A stretch of DNA of 62,926 nucleotides, counting the filler, from Octopus bimaculoides (Eukaryota), in assembly GCF_001194135.2 (NCBI RefSeq). It is 7 parts of 7 records of this genome, joined end to end, with 100 filler letters (N's around TTAATTAATTAA, not from the genome) between each part and the next. Parts side by side here need not be neighbours in the genome. Positions count along the whole stretch, not along the records: positions 17,800 to 27,143 come from NC_068982.1; positions 27,244 to 34,879 come from NC_068992.1; positions 34,980 to 41,936 come from NC_068997.1; 4 more parts are not named here. One strand, 5' to 3'. Shown piece after piece: positions 25,691-37,947 of this stretch. A program made the translations under genes and the position numbers. Position 1 is the stretch's first letter. Each line of letters begins with the position of its first letter. The notes under the pieces were generated by a model. It was not told the origin of the DNA. It did not search any database and saw only the letters and a list, made by a program, of their open reading frames with translations.

Positions 25691-26150
25691 TGTTTGCTCT
25701 AAGTCGGTCTACTTGAGATTCACCGTCAGTTTTTTCATCATCAGTTATCACCTGAATACAGACACCTCTCTTACTCATGGCAATTAAAATATCTACAAGA
25801 TCCTTGTAAGTTATGTGAAAAACACAGACACATATATATTTTTTAGCTGCACATAGACGTCGATAGATTTCACTTAAGGAAGTTTTGTAATGGGACAAAG
25901 AACAGTCAGCGCGTACACAACCAGATTCCAGTAGAAAGTTGTTCTTACACGCAATGTGTTTATCGGGAAACATAAGAACTTCAGTGAAAATTTCATCTTC
26001 ATCTTCAGAACCATCGTCGCTCCGGCGGCTTTTTCGCAGCTTCTTCACTCCATAACCGTAGAGTTTGTAAGCAGTTCCAATGATCAAACCAGATGATATT
26101 AAACCCACCATAAAGGAAACAAGTGTCGGTATAATTTTTGATGGCAACAT
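25691..26150 (-). CDS. PLD6: Mitochondrial cardiolipin hydrolase / Zucchini nuclease, exon 1
   Basis: N-terminal hydrophobic anchor followed by KKLRKSRR; EVLMFPD; C-x9-C-x4-C-x3-H zinc motif; SKRGVCIQVITDD...SQVDRLR. Donor A|GTAAGT at 25690. Exons sum to 460+257 = 717 nt, or 238 aa plus stop. Confidence 0.95.
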
Positions 26151-26470
26151 GATGGCAATGTCACAGAGGATTGCGTTAAGTTACATGTGACCAGGAGGAA
26201 ATGAGTGAAAATATATTATGTGGATATAAAAACATTTGTGAGTGTGTCCAAATAGCTTAATACGTGCGTGCCGTCATGGTAGATTAATCCATAAATTTAC
26301 TTCGCCGTGTTATGGACCAAAATCAAATTAGCCATCATCTGAGGAATCGGCTTCACACGAGGAAATCACACTCCTTCAGTTTCCATTCGCTTCACGGTGA
26401 CTAACTAGGCGGTGCGAACTAAAAACTGTCGCTTATCTTATAAAGCACCGGGATGGCAATCAACTGGGAT
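26151..26470 (-). promoter_or_regulatory. Probable promoter and 5' leader region of PLD6
   Basis: Unique, comparatively CpG-rich sequence directly upstream of the ATG. The TSS is not determined. Confidence 0.5.
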
Positions 26471-26980
26471 TAAAAATTCGTAGTTTGATAAATATTTTAG
26501 ACTGTCACAGTTTCTAATCTTCAAATGTATAAAAAAATCTTATTTCCTGTTAGATAATGAGAAATTGAAAATTGTTAAATAAAATTAAGCTTTAAAACTG
26601 GAAAGTAAATTAATTTAAATTTTATTTTGAAAATATGATTGTAATGATTAGATTATCGATATCTAACATAATTGTATTGTTACGATTAAAACATTACAAA
26701 GCATTATGAAAGGTGTTTTTTTATTAACCTAGACTATGTAAGTTACCTCAAAGATAGTGTAATTCGTTTGAATTACATGAAATGGAAAGATTTCCTCCCG
26801 TCCCCTCCCCCTATTTTCTCGCAAATAATTGAGTTTTCTTTTTTAATTTTTTCCCCCAAAACCCACGTTTTCGGATACAGAGATTCCGGAAAATTGTCAA
26901 AAATCCGTATTTTGAATTTTCCACTGCCTCAACTCCCTTCCACCCCCAATTTCTTCATTTTTCACTGTTTTCCGAATCCG

Positions 26981-27130
26981 TAACCCTAAGATCCAAACCC
27001 TAATCCTAACCCTAAAACCATAACCCTAAAACCCTAACCCTAGCCCTAACCCTAAAACCCTAACCCTAAGGCCGTAACCCTAACCCTAACCCAAATCCTA
27101 AAACCCTAACCCTAAAACTCTAACCCTAAG
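26981..27130. repeat. Degenerate (CCCTAA)n telomere-like array at a contig end
   Basis: TAACCC, TAAAACCC and TAACCCTAAG units over ~150 bp. Confidence 0.85.
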
Positions 27131-27143
27131 TAGAAAAATGTTT

Positions 27144-27243
27144 NNNNNNNNNNNNNNNNNNNNNNNNNNNNNNNNNNNNNNNNNNNNTTAATTAATTAAN
27201 NNNNNNNNNNNNNNNNNNNNNNNNNNNNNNNNNNNNNNNNNNN
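27144..27243. other. Artificial 100-bp join
   Basis: TTAATTAATTAA at 27188-27199 between 44-N blocks. Confidence 0.95.
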
Positions 27244-27306
27244 ATATATTAATTGTGTGTGTGTTTGTGTGTGTATATATACATATACATATATGTGAAT
27301 CTCTTT

Positions 27307-27359
<53 letters not shown>

Positions 27360-27499
27360 TTATATGTGTGTGTGTGTGTGTTTGTGTGTGTATATATACC
27401 TATATGTATGTATGTATTTATATGTATATATATATATGTATGCACGTATATATATATGTATGTATATATATGTGTATGTATCGATTATATGTATTTGTA

Positions 27500-27541
<42 letters not shown>

Positions 27542-28799
27542 CACATACACACACACACGCGCACACGCGCACACGCACATACATATGAATATACACATAC
27601 ATACATACATACACGTGGGTGTGCGTGCGTGCGCGTGCATTTAATCGACTCCTGAAGGATCAGCAATAAGCCAAATGATACATGTAGATAGACGAGACAA
27701 TTCTGGATGGAATCATATCGAGTAGTCATGTTTATTCACCTGCGATGACGACGACGACGATGACGACGACGATGATGACGACGATGATGATAACGATGAT
27801 GTTGGTTGTAGTGGTGGTTATGATTTTGATGCTTCTTCTACGTTCAATGCAAATCTTCTTCAAGATGAACTCAGTGAAACAGAGGAACCAGCAGAGGTTA
27901 AAGAATTCCCATACATATGTTTGTATGTATGTATGTATGTATGTATGTATATACATATACACACATATATATAACTGTAATTTTATCAGTTGTATAACTT
28001 AGAATAATGCTGTAGAAGTAACTCTTTTTTGGCATTATATTATATTATGGAACAATATAATATGTAACTTAGAACTATCCCAGACTTTGCTATTGGGACA
28101 CACTTTTATGGAATGAAATAGTTATTATGTGAATTGTAGCCATAATCATATTTATAGTAACCTTCCATATATCTCACTTCTGGAGAACGGCAAGCAGTTC
28201 ATGTTTAATCGACTAAAATGTTGTTGAGTTATTGTAATGTTGTATTATATTTAATGTCTCGTATAACGCAATTAGATGTCCTTAATTTTCAACCTCGGTT
28301 CATCTAACTTTATAATTCAGACCCCTATGAGCAATGGCCATGCTTGATCGTCGCTGATCGATTTCGTATTGAATAATTATCGAAATCCAGAAGTAAATTT
28401 AATAACAAGTCTGTCCTGCCAAAATGGATATAAAAAGAAAAGAGAACTCGCTACTTTAACCGTTGCTAGCTACCGACATATTATGAAATTATAAATAAGA
28501 GATATTATTGGAGATAAAAGTCCCAGTTTTATTATGAACTCAACATCAAATAGATAAAGGCAGTAACAAATGCATACATCGTGTTGTATAGAATTTCTGT
28601 GCTAATATGTTAGTTTTGGAGTTTTAGATAAACGAACTTTATACAGCAAATAGATGTTAATCACCCAACTCGGATGAAATTAACGGTGGACAGAGTCATC
28701 TCTATGAAACCTTTGTACAATTTCACGCAGTAATTTGGAGGAATTTATAATTAAGACGAGTCGTTCTTTTATTGAGACTAAAATTCTCTTCGGCATGGA

Positions 28800-29656
28800 A
28801 TCATGAAGTTTACATTGGTGCTGATTAGAACCACAATGGAGATGATAATCTTCATGATGATAGTAGTGATGATAACAATGATGATGATGACGATGATGCT
28901 GGTGGTGGTAGTGGTGATGCTCATGATGACGACGATGTCGATGCTGACGATGATGCTGATGATGATGATGGTGATGACGATGAAGATGATGTTAATAAAA
29001 ACGGTGATGATGACGATGAAGATGATGTTGAAGATGATGATGATGGGGGCTGATGATGATGATGACGACGCCAATGATGGTAGTAGTGGTGGTGGTGGTG
29101 GTGACGACGACTCTGCTGATGAGAATAATGTCAGTGGAAGTGATAATGTCGATGGTGAAGGCGGTAGTATTTGTAATATTAGTATTAGTAGTAGTTGTAG
29201 TAGTAGAGTATTAATAGCAATAGCAGTAATGTTAGTAGTAGTAGCAGTAAGGTTAGTAGTTGTAGAGAGAGTTGGAGAAGAGGGTTAATAATGGCGAAGG
29301 CAGGTAATGGCGCTGACGATGCAGAAATCAAACTCATGATCTCCCCCAGTTGATAATCTAAACAAGCTTGTCAATCGACCATGTTTCCTGTGTTGCTAAG
29401 GCAAAAGAAGGAGGAGGAGGAAGAGGAAGAGGAGGAGGAGGAGAAAGAAGAGGTGAAGAAAGTGACGTTGATGTTGTTGTTGATGATGATGATGACGATG
29501 ATGATGACGACGACGATGATGATGATGATGGCGCTGGTGATGGTGATGACGATGATGATGATGGAGAAAAAGGAAGAGAAGGACGACAAGAAGATGAAGA
29601 AGAAGGAGGAGGAAGGGAAGAAGAAAGAGAGAAGATGAAAGAGGCGATGGAGATGT

Positions 29657-29687
<31 letters not shown>

Positions 29688-30247
29688 AAGGATGGAAAAA
29701 GTAGAGGAGGAAGAAAAGCAGACCAAGACGGAGAAGAGAGAGGAGATGAAGAAGAAGAAGAAGAAAAGAAGAGAAGAGGAAGAGGAAAGGAAAGAAGTCA
29801 AGAGGATGAAGAAGAGAAGGAGGGAGGGAGAGAGGGAGAGAAAGATGAAAAAGAAGAAAAAATGAAGAAGGGGGAAAATAAGTGAAGGAAAAAGAAAAAA
29901 AAGTAAGTGAAGAGGTGAAAAGAAAAAGACTAAAAAGAAGCAGAAGAGGATACCGTGTAGAAGAGCAATGGCTAGAAATAGATACAACGAAACACCGGAA
30001 GTGTCGAAATTTCAACAGGAACAACAAGAGCAGCAGCAGCAGCAACAACAACATGGGAGATAAAATAGTAACAACAACAACAACAACAATAATAATAATA
30101 ATAATAACAACAATAACAATAATAATAATAATAATAATAATAGTAGTAGTAGTAGTAATAATAACAACAGTATTAATGATAATAATAATAACAATAATAA
30201 TAACAACAACAACAATAATAATAATAATAGTAGTAGTAGTAGTAGTA

Positions 30248-30302
<55 letters not shown>

Positions 30303-30305
30303 TAA
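28800..30305. repeat. Low-complexity field of (GAT)n, (GGT)n, (GAA/GAG)n, (AAC)n and (AAT)n
   Basis: Direct inspection. It explains the poly-M/D/I/E ORFs. Confidence 0.9.
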
Positions 30306-31291
30306 TAAAGATCAGCAAAGTTAAACATTTGAACATTTGTGGTTTGTTTCGTATGTTTCTTTTTTAAATGTTTTTTTTTTATAAACAGATCAACGTGTCA
30401 AAATCCTCCTACTTCTTCTTTGTATTCGGTTTAATCCGTCTCAGTGAAGCGGAAGTTAATAAGCGGATGTTTTTAGTAATGATCAAGCTACCAATTCCAT
30501 TCAAAGTTCCGGAGACTTTACTACAAGAAAAAAAGAAGGAAAAAAGGAAAAAGACAAAAAGATGTCTGAAGGTGACATTAGACAAATCCAAATGTCGGTT
30601 GGGATTTTCGTTAATTTCGTTGAATTTAGTGGAAAAATCTCTTCGATTCTGCAGAAACGAATGGCGCCGAAATGGAGAAGTGGTTAGGGCTTCGGATTAA
30701 ATGTGTCGTGGTATTTGTTCTCACTGTGAAACGATTTCAGTTTCGACTATCATCCATTCGGGGACGATGGAAAAAGTACACCAGTCTATGACAACGGATT
30801 TAAGGTTAGCGTGAACAATATCGATTTCTAAGATTAGTACAAAGTCATATGTATATATATAAAATACATAAACACACAAATCAGATAGGCACAAATGAAT
30901 TCGGCAGCGTAATTTTAGCTAATCTAAGCGACATATTCTATCACTGAGAATGAATGCACACGGCTCAGCAGGTAGCCGGTGCTATGACAGTATGCTTACG
31001 TCAGCCAAACATACAGTAGAATGAACCTCATATATATATATATCCATGGCTGTAAAAAGCTGCCTTTGTTTTGCTTCTGGGGCATTGGAAAACCCGTGAT
31101 GAGTTGTCCCTATAGAAGCCGTCTTGACACTCAGCCAGGACCGATGATTCATTTCAAGAAAAGAGACACAAGCACACGGCAAAAGGAAATCTTAGGTGAT
31201 TTAATCCGCTTAACTGCAGAGAGTTCTTTCCCTTGATCATTCTACCTCTTCTTCGCCTGCATCTTCAATGAATTTATTTGAATCTTCTTAC

Positions 31292-31355
31292 CTTGTTTTA
31301 ACTATTTCAAAGCCGGATTGTTGAGGTCTTCGAGCGTTTCCTCGGGAGAATTCAG
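31292..31355 (-). other. Candidate orphan exon (64 nt)
   Basis: TTCCCGGTTACAG acceptor and AAG|GTAAGA donor; one open frame (EFSRGNARRPQQSGFEIVKT). No family recognised. Confidence 0.2.
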
Positions 31356-31376
31356 CTGTAACCGGGAATAGTATAA

Positions 31377-31407
<31 letters not shown>

Positions 31408-32184
31408 TGTATGTATGTATGTATGTATGTATGTATGTATGTATGTATGTATTATTATTATTATTATAACAAATTTTAGAAAGCTGTCTACCTTAGATAT
31501 GCAATCTTATTTGATTATTTGAAGTACTTAAGTTAATCCTAAATATTCCCTTTCTTTTATCTGGGATTCCTTATTTTATGCAGAATATAACATACTCGAC
31601 GCGCGTGCGCACACACACAGGCACGTTTTGCTCGTCTTTATGAATGTGTGTGTGTGAGTGCGTATGTCTATGTATATAGTTAAAATGAAATATATGCGTA
31701 ACGTTTCCGAAGTATTGTTTATACAAGTTAAATGAATCAAAAAAGATATATAAAACCATCTTGTGTAACAATTTACTTTGTACACTTCCGATAATAAATT
31801 TATTACGATTGATATTTTGATATAAAATGCCCTATTTTCAGCCTCTCAAAATTAATACTGGACTTCAGATGTATTTTGAACATCGTTCTGTTGTTAAAAT
31901 AATGTATAACCATTATTAGTGTTACTACAGAAGATATGTGAAATGAAAATTGCTGAGAGTCCACTTGGAGTTACAGATTGTACAATTGTTTGAATCCCAT
32001 TGTAGGTTCAATTCTCATAGGATGGGATCTGTTCTTATTTTTTGAGTTGGGTTGCTAGTATAGAAATCTTATTCACAAAGAGAGACCTACGTGTAAGTAT
32101 GTTTAATTTATGTTTGCATATTCACATTTATACCGTGTTCTTTTCGTAACTTTAATGTTCCCAAAGTTCGCTCGTTATTCCCAG

Positions 32185-32244
32185 CAGCTTCTCGCTGTTG
32201 ATGCCACCAAAAGTGAACAATATTATCGTCAAAGGCGCGAAATT
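32185..32244 (+). other. Candidate orphan coding exon (60 nt; alternative acceptor gives a 32167 start)
   Basis: Pyrimidine-rich TTATTCCCAG acceptor, GTAAGG donor, phase 0-0, (FARYSQ)QLLAVDATKSEQYYRQRREI. No family recognised. Confidence 0.3.
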
Positions 32245-32852
32245 GTAAGGATATTTCGGACGATAATTGACGAGGAGTGAACAACTTGGGAGGGAATTTT
32301 CTGTTTGTTCTTTTGTTGTGTTTCTGTTTACCGGATGTGACACTGGCTCAAATGATGAGGATAGTCAAGAGAGTGTCTATGTCTACCGTGACTACACGGG
32401 TACCTGTCACAATGAACGAAAGTATGTTACATGTTACGAAGTCACACTCATTTGCAGCGTACGGCGGGCTCTCAATATATCGACAGCTTCACACATATCA
32501 TCGTTCATTTAATTGTCAATATATAATATTTAATCATTAAGTAATAAAAGAATTGAATTAACTTATATTCTAATTTCGAAATATCTTCTCTATTGCAATA
32601 TTGAGTGAAATGGTAATTAGTTTAATCAATTTATTTTGTAGCTAATAATTTCAATACCTGACACAGGAACTATCTTTTTATAATGTATAAACATTTACAA
32701 ACACATATAATTACCATGAACTGGAAGTACGTGCCACACATCTCTGTCTGTCTGTTTATCTGTTTGTCTGTCTCCTTGCCTGTTTGTCTGCCAATGTATT
32801 TATATATGTATGTATGTATGTATGTCTGTTTGTCTGTATGTATGTATTTATC

Positions 32853-33232
32853 GTGGCATTCCGTCGGTTACAACGACAGGAGTTCCAGTTGATCCGATCA
32901 ACGGAACAGCCTGCTCGTGAAATAAACATGCAAGTGGCTGAGAACTTCACAGACACGTGTACCCTTAACGTAGTTCTCGGGGGAGATTCAGCGTGACACA
33001 GAGTGCGACAAGGCTGGCCCTTTGAAATACAGGTACAACAGAAACAGGAAGAAAGAGTGAGAGAAGGTTGTGGTAAAAGAGTACAGCAGGGTTCGTCACC
33101 AGTCCCTGCCGGAGCCTCTTGGAGCTTTAGGTGTTTTCGCTCAATGAACATTCACAACACCCGGTGTGGGAATCGAAACCGCGATCCTACGACCGCGAGT
33201 CCTCTGCCCTAACCACTGGGCCATTGCGCCTC
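32853..33232 (-). mobile_element. tRNA-derived SINE, family C, near full length
   Basis: Minus-strand head GGCGCAATGGCCCAGTGGTTAG...GGTTTCGATTCC; matches 3116-3431. Confidence 0.8.
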
Positions 33233-33255
33233 TACTTGTATGTATGTATGTATGC

Positions 33256-33495
<240 letters not shown>

Positions 33496-34822
33496 ACCTA
33501 CGCACTTACACAAATATATGTGCATCCACATGTCTCTTCATACATGGGTATATGTATAAGCTTTACTTTAAGAAACACTCACAGTCCTCTAACCACACAT
33601 GCAATATAATATATACTCTCAAACTCACGCTAATACAAGCATACATATGCTTTTCTTGTGTATAATAAATTGTAGAAGCGCAGATAACAGTATCACAATA
33701 CTAGGATTAATTTAATTAAATTAATTATATGCCAATAACACTTAATTAAACAAAAACCTTTTTGAGGATAAACATGCTCTTATATTATCTTAATGACATA
33801 CTAATAAATCAGAACGATAATACAGTTCTATATTTAAGGAACTATGTACATTATTTGCATTATAAACGTTGTGTTAACAACAAACAAGATGAGAACAATT
33901 ATCCGTCAACGGTAAATAATGTACATAACGAGCAATGAATACGGCGTAAATATACAGAAAAAAACCACGTGGGTCATTAATATGCGTTAAGAAAGGTAAT
34001 TTTATGAATTTAGTTGTTGTTTAGTTTCAAGGATTGAAAGGGTGTGACAAGGCCGGCCCTTTGAAATACAGGTACAACTCATATTTGCCAGCTGAATGGA
34101 CTGGAGCAACGTGAAATAAAGTGTCTTGCTCAAGGACACAACGCATCGCCAGGAATTGAACTCACGACCGTGAGTCGATTGGCCTAACCACTAAGCCACG
34201 CGCCTTCACACTGTAATTATAATAATGGCAACAATATAAAGAAATTGGAACTTACTTGGCAAAACAAAGAATTGTTTATTTGAAATTATTATTGGAAATT
34301 GAGAAAATAGAATTCATAACGCAGAAAAATAAAACAGAAAATAAAATATATAAAAATGAAGTACGAAAATAAGAAAATAAAATCATTAGGTGGGAAGAAC
34401 GATAATTATGAATACCTGAGTGACATTTTACGTTTTTGCTTGATAAAGAGAGGAAAAACTTAATGGGAGTGACTTGGGAGATTTATGATCTCACAAAATG
34501 TTGGAACTGTCAAAATCTTTGAATTTCTTCCTTGAAAACTGCAATTAATTGTCTCAAGTCCCCTCTTCTTTACAGAATTTGATTTTGAAAGGCAGAAATG
34601 ATAATCTCTTCTGATTATCGTCTTTCAGTTTCATGTGATAGTGTATCTCTAACAATTTCAATTGGTAAATCATAATATGGCGGCTTCAGTTGAGCTGAGG
34701 ACAATTGGAGTGAACAAGGCGTTTTATGGAAGCTGTTAATCACAGCATAAGAACATGGCGTTTTGGATTTACGTCAGCAAAAAGGTAGAGAGTGAGTAAA
34801 ATAGAAAGACAAAGAGCGAAAT

Positions 34823-34879
<57 letters not shown>

Positions 34880-34979
34880 NNNNNNNNNNNNNNNNNNNNN
34901 NNNNNNNNNNNNNNNNNNNNNNNTTAATTAATTAANNNNNNNNNNNNNNNNNNNNNNNNNNNNNNNNNNNNNNNNNNNN
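34880..34979. other. Artificial 100-bp join
   Basis: TTAATTAATTAA at 34924-34935. Confidence 0.95.
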
Positions 34980-37271
34980 TATATATATATATATCTTTGT
35001 GCGTGTCTATACATCATTTATACGAAAGAAAAGTCTACTTAATACATGTCATAGTTTATATATTTCTATTAATAATTTCACTAGGTTGAGTCATAAAAAT
35101 GAAACTGATTGTCATCGGATGATGAATAAAACTCGCAGTTATTGGCCAGCTTGAATCACGTGTGGGCTCGTTATTTCAGCGATTGACACTAGCTGCTAGA
35201 TATGAGGGAACTCTAATATGATAAATAGTAGTCTTTCTGGCTATCATTAAAAATTTCTGTGTAATTTAAATTTCAGTAAAGTCCATGAAATAGTTTATAT
35301 TGTGACTGAAAATTAGGTAACAGAGACTTCTATTGGTGGTAGAAATATGATAATTCAGTCTTCTTGTTCAATGAGTTAAAACATACAGTAGGCTGTCGCA
35401 AGATATGCAGTTTCCAGTGGAAACAAAATTGTGAGCCCCGAACGAGTGAGGAGGAGGCATTAAGTCTTGTTCAGGTTTTGTTGGACAGAACCCCCAGATG
35501 AAACGTGACAGAGTGGTAGGGTTTTCCTGGACCCTGGAGGTGAAGATGTACATATGCTGACTGAACCCACGTTTGAAGGCGTTGATTGTAAGCACTCTGT
35601 TGCTTCTCGGCATACAATCTGGTGAGATTAAGAAAAGGTAGAATCTCCTCAGTGGACAACTAGATTAATTGTTATAGTTGCAGGTAGACACGCTGACTAA
35701 AGCTTGCATGAGCGTACACTTTCTTTAACAGCAGTGTGCAACTTTAGCAGCAATGTTGTCTAGGCAAGAATAACTCACTTTTAGCACATGCACATAATGG
35801 TAGTAGCGTGTCACTGGTTTTGTTTGATGTAATTGTGGTTGTGGTGGATATTATATATCAATAATAACGTTTGGAAATAGTTGTTTTGGCGATGGTGTAA
35901 GTGGTACAGATGTTGTTCTTGTTTCAGCCCAGGTCAAGCCTGATCAAATGCATGTGTGATCAACGATGCAGTGCATAGAAGAGCACATTAGCCAATGTCT
36001 CCTGTTCTAATACGGTAGGGTGTGGTTTGAGGAAATGTGGCTGCTATTTCTAGCGCCTTGAATAACCACGTAGAGGCACCTTCGTTGTTGTTAGCGATAC
36101 AGCTGTTAGAAATATTGGTGTAGTTGACACCGATGGTGTTGTTATTGTTGTTGGCAGTGGTGGTGGCGATGGTGATAGTGTTAGTAGTGATAGTGATAGA
36201 TGGTGGTGGTGGTGGTGGTGGTGGTAGAGGAATGTCGATGGCGGAGCGGATGTGAATGGAATCAGTGATAAATGATAGCAACAGTAGTAAGGTGCAGGGA
36301 AGGGATGATGGTCATGCTGGTGGTGATGACGTGGGTATTAGTGGTTACAGTAGAGCTGAAAGCGGTGGAGTAATAGTCGTTGATGATGCTGATAATAATG
36401 ATAACCATGATGATGATGATGGTGATCAACGGTTCCTGCTCATCTTTCTTACCCTTCCTCCTTCGTATCATCATTATTATTGCCGTCATCACCATCTTCA
36501 GAATGATAATCACACTAAGTTCATTCGTCCTCTCAACGGTTTTTTAATTTTATTTTACCCCCACCCCTTTCTACGGCACCCCCACCGTCTTCCGCAACAT
36601 TTGCATAAAACTGTTTATTCCGTGAATGACATATTTTATAAATTGGGATCGACCAAAGGTCACAATACACTTTTAGGCTTTGCCTGGGAAAATATTCATT
36701 TATAATTTTATTTTTTAAACATGGCGTCATTATTACACAAACTGTCGTCTGCTTCTACCATTCTTTATATCCCTATTTCTCTCTCACACACCCTCCCGAT
36801 GAAATCTCTCTTTTTCTCTTTGTTTCCTCTCTCAGCCCTCGCTTTGTCTTTTTACTTTCACTTATTCTTGCAACTGCATTTATTTCCCGTATACTCTCTC
36901 TCTTCTTCTATCACTTTCTCTCTTTCTACTTTGTTTCTTTCATATATTCTTACGTTCTCGTTCTTTTCCCTCTCTCTCTTTCTCCACCAATCTATCTTCC
37001 TCAGTTGCTTTTTATTACATATCTTCTTACATATTCCTCTCCTCCTTCTCTCCCATACTACTTTTAGTCTGCTTGTAATTTTGAGAAGCTGGACTCGGGA
37101 GCTGAGAAGCCCAAATAAAGTCGTTGTTCCAATGGATGCAACTCTATCACAATTAACTTTCACATAAGTTCATCGCAAGTATTTACCAAAGGTCCAGATG
37201 GTCTGAGAAGGGGATGGACAATTGGCCCTACTAATTGATTACCCCACCCCATACACACATGCATGAACGTA

Positions 37272-37315
<44 letters not shown>

Positions 37316-37888
37316 NNNNNNNNNNNNNNNNNNNNNNNNNNNNNNNNNNNNNNNNNNNNNNNNNNNNNNNNNNNNNNNNNNNNNNNNNNNNNNNNNNNNN
37401 NNNNNNNNNNNNNNNNNNNNNNNNNNNNNNNNNNNNNNNNNNNNNNNNNNNNNNNNNNNNNNNNNNNNNNNNNNNNNNNNNNNNNNNNNNNNNNNNNNNN
37501 NNNNNNNNNNNNNNNNNNNNNNNNNNNNNNNNNNNNNNNNNNNNNNNNNNNNNNNNNNNNNNNNNNNNNNNNNNNNNNNNNNNNNNNNNNNNNNNNNNNN
37601 NNNNNNNNNNNNNNNNNNNNNNNNNNNNNNNNNNNNNNNNNNNNNNNNNNNNNNNNNNNNNNNNNNNNNNNNNNNNNNNNNNNNNNNNNNNNNNNNNNNN
37701 NNNNNNNNNNNNNNNNNNNNNNNNNNNNNNNNNNNNNNNNNNNNNNNNNNNNNNNNNNNNNNNNNNNNNNNNNNNNNNNNNNNNNNNNNNNNNNNNNNNN
37801 NNNNNNNNNNNNNNNNNNNNNNNNNNNNNNNNNNNNNNNNNNNNNNNNNNNNNNNNNNNNNNNNNNNNNNNNNNNNNNNNNNNNNNNN

Positions 37889-37947
<59 letters not shown>

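Noticed and set aside
26981-27130. True telomere
   Set aside because: The units are highly degenerate and are followed by non-telomeric bases before the gap.
30389-30700. Strong acceptor followed by a 110-aa ORF
   Set aside because: The ORF runs through an A-rich tract, has no donor or recognisable domain, and the other frames stop early.
32167-32244. Resemblance to aromatic amino acid hydroxylases (RFANQIL...YRARRK)
   Set aside because: The invariant DHPGF segment is absent and the spacing is wrong, so it is probably chance similarity.
35400-35660. Protein-like peptide SGRVFLDPGGEDVHMLTEPTFEGVD before a GTAAGC donor
   Set aside because: Poor acceptor, an in-frame TGA just upstream, and no family recognised.
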